The position numbers and the translations under genes are program-made. This document shows, in pieces, positions 8,516-17,455 of a DNA stretch of 45,476 nucleotides. Source of the stretch: Oligoflexales bacterium. GTDB taxonomy: Bacteria; Bdellovibrionota_B; Oligoflexia; Oligoflexales; RGVZ01. Below the pieces are notes generated by a model, which searched no databases, was not told the origin of the DNA, and saw nothing but the letters and a program-made list of their open reading frames with translations. Positions within the stretch are counted from its first letter, which is position 1; each line of letters starts with the position of its first letter. Location: positions 1-45,476 of the forward strand of contig JBIIGV010000008.1 in assembly GCA_044236265.1 (NCBI GenBank), given 5' to 3'.

Positions 8516-10000
8516 ATGTGTCAGGAACAAGATTTGAATTTTTTGTATAAAATTTTTTATTCATCGATTTTAGTTTTTACGTTTTGTCCTGCTGCTTTAG
8601 CGGTGACGCCAGGTCTGGATCTGACTATCGAAATGACAGATTTCCCACGGCAAGAAATTATCAAGAAAAAGAAAATTCGTTTTAAAAAAGCCTGTGCGAA
8701 ATTTGGTACCTACCTCTCGAATAATCGGGGACTTTGGGGCAGCGGACCCTTTAAAAAAGTAACGTGTAAGAGTTCTGCAAGCGGAAAAGGTGTCAAGACA
8801 CCTTGGCTACTGAAGGTGTCGGGCGATAGCTCTGTAAAGGTATTTGAGATTTTTTATCGTGAAAAAGCTGGAAAAGACTCTTTACAAGCTCGCTACTCTT
8901 TACAAACAGAGGTTGGCCCGCTTGTTTTGATGGGTAAAGAAAACAGCAAACTCATCGCATTTTATTTGACGTCTTCGTTGCCATTTAGGTCAGTATTGCC
9001 TCCAGATCTTAAACCAGGATCCGGTCAGGCAGGATTGAAGGGGCGCTCGGTTTCATTGAAGAATATGAACCCTCCATCTACTTTAGAAGTGTTTTCTATT
9101 GATCGCGTGGGTGATTTGTGGCGAGCAGACTCTAAAGGCCGTCTAACATTTAAGGAAGAAAACGGTAAGACAGCAGAATGGGTTTTGTCAGAGCTTAAAC
9201 AAAATAGCGGTGACGGCGATGTTTTATTTGTAGCGCAAATTGAAAACAACGCCGAGACCCTTCAAGCAGTTGATCGCATGATTCGAAACAGCTCAGAGAC
9301 CTTTTTCGAAAAATTTTTAAATTTTGGAAGGTCGGCTTACGTCGGAGGGCGATACGGTGTTCCGTTGAAAGGGCAGGGGGTCATGAAAAATGCACCCTTG
9401 ATAGGATTATTTGGAGAGTTTCGATCGGGATTCCTTTCTGGTCTCAGGCTTAATTACGATCTGATTCCGAAGCAACAAGTAAGTGACGTTAATGGATCAA
9501 CGTCCTTCACCTGGTCGAGACTTCAGTTGGCATATTCTTTTTCGAAGATTTTTTCTGGAAAAATCATTAATTCGTTTGATGTGACACCTCGCCTTGGTGT
9601 GGCGAATCTGAACTATGAATATGCGCCGTCTGCAACCTCCGACACCACTGCGTATTCATTTAAATTGAATAGTGCACCAACGGTGGGCTTGGAAGTTGGT
9701 GCTGAGAAGGCGACCAACCTTTTCCGAGTGCGAGCTTGGAGTTTCGGTAGCTTCTCTGTAGGTGTTCTTCCCCTGGATAAAAACTATACGACCACGAGTC
9801 TGCGAGTTGGACTCGATCTTTACCGTGAGTTTATAAGCTTCAGAATGATAAAACTGGCTGTTCTGGGTTTTACGGCATTCGAGTCCACAAAAATTGAAAA
9901 AAAATTGACAGATGAGCAAAAAGCTTCGGATGCCACATTGGTCAGTCAGTTGCAGCTCAATAGTTCCTTTTTAGGCGGAGGACTTACACTGACATGGTAA
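8516..10000 (+). CDS. Secreted hypothetical protein with probable C-terminal outer-membrane beta-barrel
   Basis: Signal-like N-terminus ending PAALA; alternating beta-strand pattern in the last ~220 aa; ends GGGLTLTW (aromatic beta-signal-like terminus). Confidence 0.6.
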   Translation: MCQEQDLNFLYKIFYSSILVFTFCPAALAVTPGLDLTIEMTDFPRQEIIKKKKIRFKKACAKFGTYLSNNRGLWGSGPFKKVTCKSSASGKGVKTPWLLKVSGDSSVKVFEIFYREKAGKDSLQARYSLQTEVGPLVLMGKENSKLIAFYLTSSLPFRSVLPPDLKPGSGQAGLKGRSVSLKNMNPPSTLEVFSIDRVGDLWRADSKGRLTFKEENGKTAEWVLSELKQNSGDGDVLFVAQIENNAETLQAVDRMIRNSSETFFEKFLNFGRSAYVGGRYGVPLKGQGVMKNAPLIGLFGEFRSGFLSGLRLNYDLIPKQQVSDVNGSTSFTWSRLQLAYSFSKIFSGKIINSFDVTPRLGVANLNYEYAPSATSDTTAYSFKLNSAPTVGLEVGAEKATNLFRVRAWSFGSFSVGVLPLDKNYTTTSLRVGLDLYREFISFRMIKLAVLGFTAFESTKIEKKLTDEQKASDATLVSQLQLNSSFLGGGLTLTW

Positions 10001-10818
10001 TCTCCATTGGTCTCTCCCGGCTGAAAATTCAACAAGTAGTCTTAACTTCGGCTGTCTTCATGCTTAGTGTCATGTCGACCTTGGCCGAAGCTGAAGTTGC
10101 CAAAGGGCCCAAACGTCCTGCAGCTGAGTGGGGGGCTGCATGGGAAGGTCTATATGCTTCTAATATTGCTGGAGAGACTAGTCCAGGCTTTCTATCTCGC
10201 GTTGGTGTCGTTAAGAAGTCGGGTGCTGGATTTCAGGTTTTACCTTTGGAGCAAAAGGATGCTGATCAGCATTCTTTCATGGCAGTCCCCGAGGAGCGCG
10301 AGCTGAATTTGGCTCGATTTGCAAATAAGGTTTTTCAGCAGAATCCAGAAAATAAGCCGACAACTAATCCCTGTGAGGTCAGTCACCAGTCGATCGCAAT
10401 TTGCTTGGGACTTGATGCGCTATTGGACGTCTCAAATCCAAAATGGAAACTTCTAAAATTTAACAAGCAAAAAAAGTCAGTAGAACTATTACTGGAAGCC
10501 CCTGGCGCATCTGATGAAGACTACTTCAAGTGGATCCATAGTCAGTTGAATTATGACGGCGTGGTTATCGATGTTGAGGGGGATTATCTGCTTGTTCTAC
10601 TTCCACCTGGTCGCGCAGGTGATGAAATTCAGGCTCTGACGCTCAAGGATTCTGCAGATAAGATCTTTTTGCCACCATCAACGGTAAAAGGCACAAGTTT
10701 ACTGCAACTTATTCAGCGATCTGGTCGATTTGCCGTATTCTTGCCGGTAATCACGTCAGCAGAAGCTGCAAAATCATTCGTTAAGGGCTCTAAGCTTATC
10801 ATTGAAAAAGGTAAGTGA
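9994..10818 (+). CDS. Secreted hypothetical protein
   Basis: Overlaps upstream stop; hydrophobic signal ending TLAEA; no known motif. Confidence 0.6.
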   Translation: MVISIGLSRLKIQQVVLTSAVFMLSVMSTLAEAEVAKGPKRPAAEWGAAWEGLYASNIAGETSPGFLSRVGVVKKSGAGFQVLPLEQKDADQHSFMAVPEERELNLARFANKVFQQNPENKPTTNPCEVSHQSIAICLGLDALLDVSNPKWKLLKFNKQKKSVELLLEAPGASDEDYFKWIHSQLNYDGVVIDVEGDYLLVLLPPGRAGDEIQALTLKDSADKIFLPPSTVKGTSLLQLIQRSGRFAVFLPVITSAEAAKSFVKGSKLIIEKGK

Positions 10819-10946
10819 GAGGTTCTTCAGATGTGTGCGGTTTGGGGAATATCCCCAGCTGGCAATCATTCAATGCTTTATTTAGTTTGTTGAGCTCCTG
10901 AGTGTTGTTGCGTTGACAGCACTCGTATTCACGCAAGGAGCGAGAC

Positions 10947-11273
10947 ATGAACAACTCAAATTTTATTAAAAAGCTAATCGTGTGCTTGGGACTTAGCAGC
11001 CCGGTCGTTCAGGCAGGATGTTTGACCGATCTTGGTCCGTACAGAGACCATTACGGCTTTGCCGTTTTCCCATTTAGCAATGGATGTGATGAGAGTGTAA
11101 CGGTTAATCTTTGTGTCAAGTCATGGATTCCTGGAAGTGAGGACCCCGTCTTTAATTCTTACTCGGGTGTCGTCTATGGTAATGATCGACTGGATATAAC
11201 AGATGGACAATGGGAGTATTTAGATTCCTATCAATGGACCGAAGAAGGTTATCAGAGTTGTCCATTCGAGTGA
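10947..11273 (+). CDS. Small secreted Cys-containing hypothetical protein
   Basis: AGGAG RBS, signal ending VQA, four Cys in the mature part. Confidence 0.7.
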   Translation: MNNSNFIKKLIVCLGLSSPVVQAGCLTDLGPYRDHYGFAVFPFSNGCDESVTVNLCVKSWIPGSEDPVFNSYSGVVYGNDRLDITDGQWEYLDSYQWTEEGYQSCPFE

Positions 11274-11283
11274 GTATCCCTGG

Positions 11284-11324
11284 AAAACCAAAAGCCCCCG
11301 CGCCGTTTCCGGCACGGGGGCTTT
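11284..11324 (-). terminator. Rho-independent terminator of the FAS/PKS-like operon (possibly bidirectional)
   Basis: Minus strand reads AAAGCCCCCGTGCCG-GAAA-CGGCGCGGGGGCTTTTGGTTTT: long stem, GNRA loop, U tract. Confidence 0.9.
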
Positions 11325-11332
11325 CAGGTTCA

Positions 11333-12499
11333 TTAGAAGTTCGCCACAGGTGGATTGCGGTACTCGAACTCCGGAAGACGTAGGTTTCGTCCCCATTTGC
11401 TTTCGATACAATACTTCAGGATTTCCCTTCCGTATGTTCTCCAGTGAGGAGCGGATTTTCCTCCGAGTTTTCTTAAATACTCGGTAGATCTAGTGTTGTC
11501 GAAGACCACATCTGTACCGGAAAGGTAAGCGCTGTAAACAGACGCCAACTCACAGGTGCGCCAGATGCTCTCGTCCATAAGCTTTCTCAGCCATGTGCCC
11601 TTGAGGAGTTTGAATAACCAAACTGGGATCATAGGGCGACGTTTGATGTTGGTCAGGCTGAACGCATCGCGCAGAAGCTCGTCGATGCGTACGCTTTTCT
11701 CTTTGCCCGCTGTGAGATAGAACGTCTCACCGATGCTTTTTGGAGTCATCATGATGCGGTACATCGAAGCTGCGACGTAGTCGACAGGAACGATATCGAG
11801 TCGTGCATTTCTCTTACATGGCACGAAAGGCAGAATGTCTTTGGACAAAAGCTGCAGCGGCCAGTAAAGGACTTTGAAGTGCGGTGTGAAACCATTGCGC
11901 GAGTCACCAACCACGATTGATGGACGGTAAACTGTTACAGGAAGCTCCCGCATATACTCACGAACGAGAAGCTCGGCTTCGAACTTACTTTGTTCGTATG
12001 CATTGGCGAAACTTTGCTGACGGTCTAGGTCGTTTTCCGAGACCAATCCAGCTTTTGTACCTGCTACGAAAGCAGTGGAAACATAATCGAATCGCTCGAG
12101 TGTCCCATTGTTTTTCGACTTTACAGCGAAATCCAATAGCTTTCTTGTGCCCTCTACGTTGATCGCGCGAGACTCTTCGATTGGTGCTCCGAAGTCTGTA
12201 CTCGCACCAATGTGCATGATGTGTGTACATTCTTTGAGAAGCAATGATTCAGTCTCATTGTCGAAACCCATATTGTCGAGCGTTAAGTCGCCTGCAGCCA
12301 AAGCGATCTTTTGGGTCGCCAGGTTACGATCGGCAGGTTTAAAGACCTTCTCGATCAAACTTTGAATGCGCTCTGCTTGAGTCTGTTTCGCTGAAGGGCG
12401 AGTTAATAGATAGATCGTCTTTACGCGCCTATCTTTAATAAGATAGGGGAGCAAAGCTGTTCCGAGAAATCCTGTACCACCTGTGACTAGAACCTTCAT
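11333..12499 (-). CDS. Extended SDR of the fatty acyl/thioester reductase (NAD_binding_4-like) type
   Basis: TGGTGFLG, GDLT, H.GASTDF, INVEGT, VSTAFV, YEQSK, YRPSIVVG, VPVDYVA; AGGAGG RBS supports ATG at 12499. Confidence 0.85.
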   Translation of the reverse strand: MKVLVTGGTGFLGTALLPYLIKDRRVKTIYLLTRPSAKQTQAERIQSLIEKVFKPADRNLATQKIALAAGDLTLDNMGFDNETESLLLKECTHIMHIGASTDFGAPIEESRAINVEGTRKLLDFAVKSKNNGTLERFDYVSTAFVAGTKAGLVSENDLDRQQSFANAYEQSKFEAELLVREYMRELPVTVYRPSIVVGDSRNGFTPHFKVLYWPLQLLSKDILPFVPCKRNARLDIVPVDYVAASMYRIMMTPKSIGETFYLTAGKEKSVRIDELLRDAFSLTNIKRRPMIPVWLFKLLKGTWLRKLMDESIWRTCELASVYSAYLSGTDVVFDNTRSTEYLRKLGGKSAPHWRTYGREILKYCIESKWGRNLRLPEFEYRNPPVANF

Positions 12500-12567
12500 T
12501 TTGCACTTCCTCCTGAACATTAGAGAGCTGCTACCACTTCTACAGTACCTACGCCCGAAGCCCTATT

Positions 12568-13767
12568 TTAGGCTTCTACGGCGACCACCAGGCACGAGTA
12601 CTCTCCATAAGGAGAAGCACGAAGAATCATTGCGACTTTGTTGCTTGGGTTAAATTCCTTAGTGGACTTGTAACCCTTCCATTCCTCTGCGACAGCAGAC
12701 GATGGAACTTCGCTTTTAGCGTACGCTTTCTGGAGGAAACCGATTTCTGCGATTCCACCAGCTTCCATCATGTTGCCCCAGCGGGTTGCTGTGGTTGCTA
12801 CGATGGGCTTTTTCTTGTCTTTCCAGACCTTTTCGATCGCTGCTTTTTCAGTAGCGGTCACATCATTAATCGCACTGCCGGTCACCATAACGACTTCTAC
12901 ATCGTCAGCTGAAATCCCAGCTTTGCTCATAGTGCTCTGAATCAGGTCGGAGTAAACCGACGACTCAGGGATCTGGCCATATGGACCGACAGCATCAGAT
13001 GCTGCTGCGCAGGCCATAATCTTACCCATGATTTTCGCGCCGCGTTTTTCAGCGGCTGCACGTTGCTCCAGAGTTGCGAAGGCTGCGCCTTCAGCGATAG
13101 GAGCCACATCGTTAGCATGGCCACGCAATTTTATAGCCGATGCAAATACACGGTCACTGTGTGCAGAGTAACCACCGGTTACTGCGCAATCAAGTCGACC
13201 CAATTTCATCGATCGAACAGCTCCGATGATGGCCATGTGGCTACTTGTCTCGAGAGTCGTATAGTTCGAGTTTGGACCGCGTGCGTCCAGAGTCTTGGCT
13301 CCGTAGCACAGAACGTTGTTCGGAAGTCCTGTAAGAAGAGTCGTTGGGCTCGCCGTTCTAAAGGTTTCGCCGAAATTCTTCTCGTTAAGAACGCCCGCAG
13401 AGTCAGTGGCAGCCGTAATTCCTTCTTCGTAGTTTGCGTGATCAAGACACGATGAAGGAGGAGCTCCTACATAGAGACCAGTGCGGTCTGGGTTAACTGT
13501 TTGAGCAGAAACCCCAGCATTCTTAAGACACTCTTCGAGAGCCACAAGGCCCAAGACATCCCGGTGTGACACAACTTTAACGACCTTACGGTCAGATAAG
13601 TGTGGGGCCGGGTTGAAACCCTTAACTTTATAGTCTTCCTGGGTCTTGCGCGCAGCTGGAGCATTGAAAGCTTCCAGGTTTGCGTCGAGACCTAGGCCGG
13701 TTGCGGTTAACATACCGAGGCCGGTGATGACGATATCGTTTGGAGTGTTATTTTGTGACTTACTCAT
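12568..13767 (-). CDS. Ketosynthase-like protein lacking catalytic residues (chain-length-factor type)
   Basis: KS fold motifs (IVITGLG, RTGLYVG, LPN, AEGAA..LE..A.KRGA), but TACASS becomes TLETSS, HGTST becomes TGSAI and GH becomes GN. Confidence 0.8.
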   Translation of the reverse strand: MSKSQNNTPNDIVITGLGMLTATGLGLDANLEAFNAPAARKTQEDYKVKGFNPAPHLSDRKVVKVVSHRDVLGLVALEECLKNAGVSAQTVNPDRTGLYVGAPPSSCLDHANYEEGITAATDSAGVLNEKNFGETFRTASPTTLLTGLPNNVLCYGAKTLDARGPNSNYTTLETSSHMAIIGAVRSMKLGRLDCAVTGGYSAHSDRVFASAIKLRGHANDVAPIAEGAAFATLEQRAAAEKRGAKIMGKIMACAAASDAVGPYGQIPESSVYSDLIQSTMSKAGISADDVEVVMVTGSAINDVTATEKAAIEKVWKDKKKPIVATTATRWGNMMEAGGIAEIGFLQKAYAKSEVPSSAVAEEWKGYKSTKEFNPSNKVAMILRASPYGEYSCLVVAVEA

Positions 13768-13769
13768 AT

Positions 13770-15035
13770 TTAAACCCTCCTAGCGACCAAGGATGTGTTC
13801 GAACCACCGAATCCAACTGAGTTGGACAGGGCATACGAAGAATTCATCGGACTTGGCGTGGTTGCGGTCAGGTTAATGTCGCAGCCTGGATCCTGGTTTT
13901 TCAGGTTCGCCGAAGGCGGATAAACTTGGTACTTCAGGGACATCATTGCGACCGCGAACTCAATCGCACCAGCCGCGGAAATCAAATGTCCAGTTGTACT
14001 CTTCGTACTAGATACCTTTGTCGCACATTTATCTTTAGGGAACACTTTGCTGATCGCCAGTGATTCGACTTTGTCGTTAAGCAACGTCGAAGTACCGTGG
14101 GCGTTGATGTAGCCAACTTGATCAGCAGCGATACCAGCGTCCTTTAGAGCCATTTCCATGGACTCGATAACGCCACGTCCTTCAGGGTGAAGGTCCGTGA
14201 TTCGGTAAGCTGATTCGGTTACGCCGTAACCACAGATCTCACCAAGGATCGTTGCGCCGCGTTTTTTGGCGTGCTCGTATTCTTCGAAAACAAGCATACA
14301 AGCGCCTTCACCTAGAACGAAACCATCACGATCAGCGTCGAATGGACGCGATGCGCTTTGTGGGTCGCTGACGCGATTTGAGAGTGCACCGAGCAAGCAG
14401 AAGCCTGCCATCTGGAATGGGTTGACCATGGAGTCTGCTCCACCAGTCATAACCACATCGTATTCACCCGAAGCAACCATTTCATATGCTTCACCGAGAG
14501 CTTGTCCAGAGGACGCACACGCAGTGTGAATGGTTGAGGTTGCGCCTTTGGCTCCAATCAAGCTGGCCACCAAAGTCGACAATGTATTCGGGAAGTACTT
14601 GCGGTGATAAGGAGTGATCTCATCAGTATCACACTTATCAGCCATGTAGACGTCCTTGTGCCAAGCAAGCTCAGGACTGCCTACGCCCACACCCAAACAA
14701 ACACCCATCTTAAGGGGGTCAGTACTGGTTGTGCCAAGAATATTGGCTTGTTTCGCAGCTTCGATCGCCGCGTTCCAGCCGAATTCTCCAGCGCGGTTCA
14801 AAAATTTCGCTTTATTGCGAAGATCTGATTTTTGCTCCAAGCCGGTTTGATCCAGTTTGAAGTCACGAACCTGGTAAGCAAAATTACAGGAGAACTTCTC
14901 GGCGTCGTAAATTTCGACTTTGCCGGCAGTTCTTTTGCCTTCGATGATGCCATTCCAGGTTTCTGTCATGGTATTGCCGACTGGGGTGACTGCCCCAAGT
15001 CCGGTTACTACCACTCGACGTTTCGTCGTATTCAT
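13770..15035 (-). CDS. Beta-ketoacyl-ACP synthase (FabF-like, Cys-His-His)
   Basis: RRVVVTGLG, TACASS, SRPFD.DRDGFVLGEGA, INAHGTST, KSTTGH, SNSVGFGG; AGGAG RBS supports ATG at 15035. Confidence 0.92.
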   Translation of the reverse strand: MNTTKRRVVVTGLGAVTPVGNTMTETWNGIIEGKRTAGKVEIYDAEKFSCNFAYQVRDFKLDQTGLEQKSDLRNKAKFLNRAGEFGWNAAIEAAKQANILGTTSTDPLKMGVCLGVGVGSPELAWHKDVYMADKCDTDEITPYHRKYFPNTLSTLVASLIGAKGATSTIHTACASSGQALGEAYEMVASGEYDVVMTGGADSMVNPFQMAGFCLLGALSNRVSDPQSASRPFDADRDGFVLGEGACMLVFEEYEHAKKRGATILGEICGYGVTESAYRITDLHPEGRGVIESMEMALKDAGIAADQVGYINAHGTSTLLNDKVESLAISKVFPKDKCATKVSSTKSTTGHLISAAGAIEFAVAMMSLKYQVYPPSANLKNQDPGCDINLTATTPSPMNSSYALSNSVGFGGSNTSLVARRV

Positions 15036-15100
15036 GTTTCGCTCCTTTTCCACCCACTACAACAGCCAACTCAAGAGACGACACAACTTCAGATCATCAC

Positions 15101-15952
15101 TCACTTGGTCCGTTGGTAGCGATAACGGCCTCTTAAAATACGCTTCTGATTCACCGTGATTTCAGCCACGGTTTCAAACGAGTCACTATTTGACTCGGTC
15201 ACTTTTACGTTTACGACGGCAGTATCGCCTGGTCTGATAAACGATTTGATTTTAAGGTCTTGTACCGAAATCGGGATAATATTTCCCTGGGTTGCAGGGT
15301 TATCCGCCATCAGCCTTCTCGTGGCTTCCGCGATCATTTCGTTGATAACCACAATTGGAGTTACCGGGAAACGGGGGAAGTGATCAGGGTAAAACGGCTC
15401 GTCTTGACGGAAAACTTTTGCCGTCGAGATCGATTTTTCCGGAACAATTTCGGTCACAGTATCGACCAAGCTTTTGAAATCAAAAGCAGGCGTCTGAGGA
15501 TTTGCACTCAACCCTGTTGATGTCAGGGTCGCAAAGCGCTGTCTCGTGACCGAAGGATCCTCGAGCTCAGCCAGTGGCATGAAATATCCGCCACAGTCTT
15601 TGATCTCTACAACAGTTTTACCACCAACTTTGGCAGTACCAGAGAAGATGAAGGAATCTTCACTGCGATCTGTGATCCAGGCTTCCAGGTCAACCGTTGC
15701 CGGTGCTGGAACACCTTGACCAAGATCGATGCTCGTAGCGAAGAGGAAAACGGGGCGTCCCGAAAAGTCGTTATCGCGGAGCGCCATCCATGAAACAAGT
15801 TGTCCAACTGCTTCAGAAATAACGCTTGTGCTGATTAGGGTTTGGCCATTGGCGTCTTGACGACGCCATGGTTCCCCTGCACTAAAGTCAACTTGTCCAC
15901 GGACTTTTTGTCCTTGAATGTCATTGACGCGACTGACGAATAAGAAACGCAT
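15101..15952 (-). CDS. Tandem hot-dog-fold 3-hydroxyacyl-ACP dehydratase (FabZ/FabA-like di-domain)
   Basis: C-terminal half has FYPDHFPRFPVTPIVVINE and FIRPGD (FabZ-like); N-terminal half (FLFVSRV...ISEAVGQL) looks like a degenerate second copy. Confidence 0.8.
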   Translation of the reverse strand: MRFLFVSRVNDIQGQKVRGQVDFSAGEPWRRQDANGQTLISTSVISEAVGQLVSWMALRDNDFSGRPVFLFATSIDLGQGVPAPATVDLEAWITDRSEDSFIFSGTAKVGGKTVVEIKDCGGYFMPLAELEDPSVTRQRFATLTSTGLSANPQTPAFDFKSLVDTVTEIVPEKSISTAKVFRQDEPFYPDHFPRFPVTPIVVINEMIAEATRRLMADNPATQGNIIPISVQDLKIKSFIRPGDTAVVNVKVTESNSDSFETVAEITVNQKRILRGRYRYQRTK

Positions 15953-15996
15953 ATCCCATTTTCCTCTAGTGCTACTGGGTCATTCATTCCGCTGGA

Positions 15997-16431
15997 TTAG
16001 AGCGTAGCCGTAGCTGGCTTGGATGCAGGAGCACCTGAAACAGGAGCCATGTCACCTAGACGTTCAAGCACCATGCGCTCGAATGTCGCTACAGAGAACA
16101 AGGTTGGGATATCTTTGACCTTAAGACCGTTCTTGATACGGCTAGGGTCAACTTCAGGCATGATCGTCTTAAGACGAGCAAGACCTTTTTCTTGAAGAGT
16201 TCCCTGAACCTCGAACTCACCATCGGCTAAGTCACCACGGGCGCGTGCCTCTATGTCACCCTTAGGCAATTTGATGCCGAAAGCTTTTTCTAGACGGAAT
16301 ACGATATCGAGGAAGTCGATACTTTCCGCCCCGAGGTCGGCCATAAGATTCGCATCGCGCGTTACTTGCTCTTTGTCGCAGTACAGCGCTTCGGCGATAA
16401 TCTCTTGGATTTTCTCGAATGTTGTTTGCAT
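15997..16431 (-). CDS. Long acyl carrier protein with internal insertion
   Basis: DLGAESIDFLDIVFRLEKAFGIKLP with the Ppant Ser at 16321-16323; 144 aa versus ~80 for AcpP. Confidence 0.9.
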   Translation of the reverse strand: MQTTFEKIQEIIAEALYCDKEQVTRDANLMADLGAESIDFLDIVFRLEKAFGIKLPKGDIEARARGDLADGEFEVQGTLQEKGLARLKTIMPEVDPSRIKNGLKVKDIPTLFSVATFERMVLERLGDMAPVSGAPASKPATATL

Positions 16432-16473
16432 AGCGTGTCCTTTCTCATAACTAGGTTAATGAACGAACCCTTG

Positions 16474-17223
16474 TTAAAGTTTTAATCCACCATCTATGTG
16501 AATAACTTCACCAGTGATATATGACGACATGTCTGACGCCATAAATACCGCCATGTTAGCGATATCTTCTGGATTTCCGAATCGCTTGAGCAACACGGAT
16601 TCCAGGATCTTATCGCCCGCAGCGTCACGAACATCTTTACTCATGTCCGTCGTAATAACGCCGGGTGCGATACAGTTGACTCGAACATTTCGCGGTGCTA
16701 ACTCTACCGCGAGTGCCTTGGTAACGGCCTCAACACCGCCCTTAGAAGCGGCATAGTTGACCTGACCACGGCCTGGGCGCGAAGCAGCAACAGAGGAAAT
16801 ATTGATGATATTTCCGGATCTTGCTCTCAGCATTTGACGTGCAACAGCACGTGTGACGTTGAAAACGCCGCCCAAGTTTGTATTAATGACGTCACTCCAG
16901 GCTTCATCTTCCATGGAGAGAATTAGGTCGTCTTTAACAATTCCCGCATTGTTTATCAGTACATGCACGGGTCCATGCTCGGACTCCATCGTAGCCAAGG
17001 CCTCGTCGACCTGCTTGGAGTTCCTAACGTCCATCTTAATACCATGAACTTTAAGGCCTTTTGAGCGCAGGGACCCAATAAAGTCCTGAGCTGCCGCCTC
17101 ATTACTCATATAAGTGGCGATTACGTTAGCTCCAGCCTGCGCTGTAGCCTCGGTCATGGCGCGCCCGATACCTCGGGTACCCCCCGTTATTAGCACTGTC
17201 TTATTTTGCAAGCTGACTTGCAT
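16474..17223 (-). CDS. fabG: 3-oxoacyl-ACP reductase (FabG-like SDR)
   Basis: TGGTRGIG, NNAGI, NISS, YAASK, VNCIAPG, IDGG; GGAGG RBS supports ATG at 17223. Confidence 0.88.
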   Translation of the reverse strand: MQVSLQNKTVLITGGTRGIGRAMTEATAQAGANVIATYMSNEAAAQDFIGSLRSKGLKVHGIKMDVRNSKQVDEALATMESEHGPVHVLINNAGIVKDDLILSMEDEAWSDVINTNLGGVFNVTRAVARQMLRARSGNIINISSVAASRPGRGQVNYAASKGGVEAVTKALAVELAPRNVRVNCIAPGVITTDMSKDVRDAAGDKILESVLLKRFGNPEDIANMAVFMASDMSSYITGEVIHIDGGLKL

Positions 17224-17345
17224 TTCCACCTCCATTCGCAACAGGCCACACGGTGTGCAACCTGACAAATACGGGTGTAAGGCATGTGGGTATCACTTTG
17301 CAAGCATAAAATTATTAGTTTTATGATTTTAGATATTTATACAAA

Positions 17346-17445
17346 GATTAGAATTTGATTAGAAAGCTTAATTTTAATGATTTTAAACTAATTCTAATGG
17401 TTAAGAAAATATACCAGTTGCCCATTAAATTTAACAAGCAACTGG
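17346..17445. promoter_or_regulatory. AT-rich control region upstream of fabG operon with direct and inverted repeats
   Basis: GATTAGAA at 17346 and 17357; ATTAGAATT (17347) / AATTCTAAT (17390); CCAGTTGC (17414) / GCAACTGG (17438). Confidence 0.4.
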
Positions 17446-17455
17446 CTTAATAAGC

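Noticed and set aside
13063..17047. Multiple plus-strand ORFs antisense to the fab-like genes
   Set aside because: Shadow ORFs of well-supported minus-strand genes, with no RBS or motif support.
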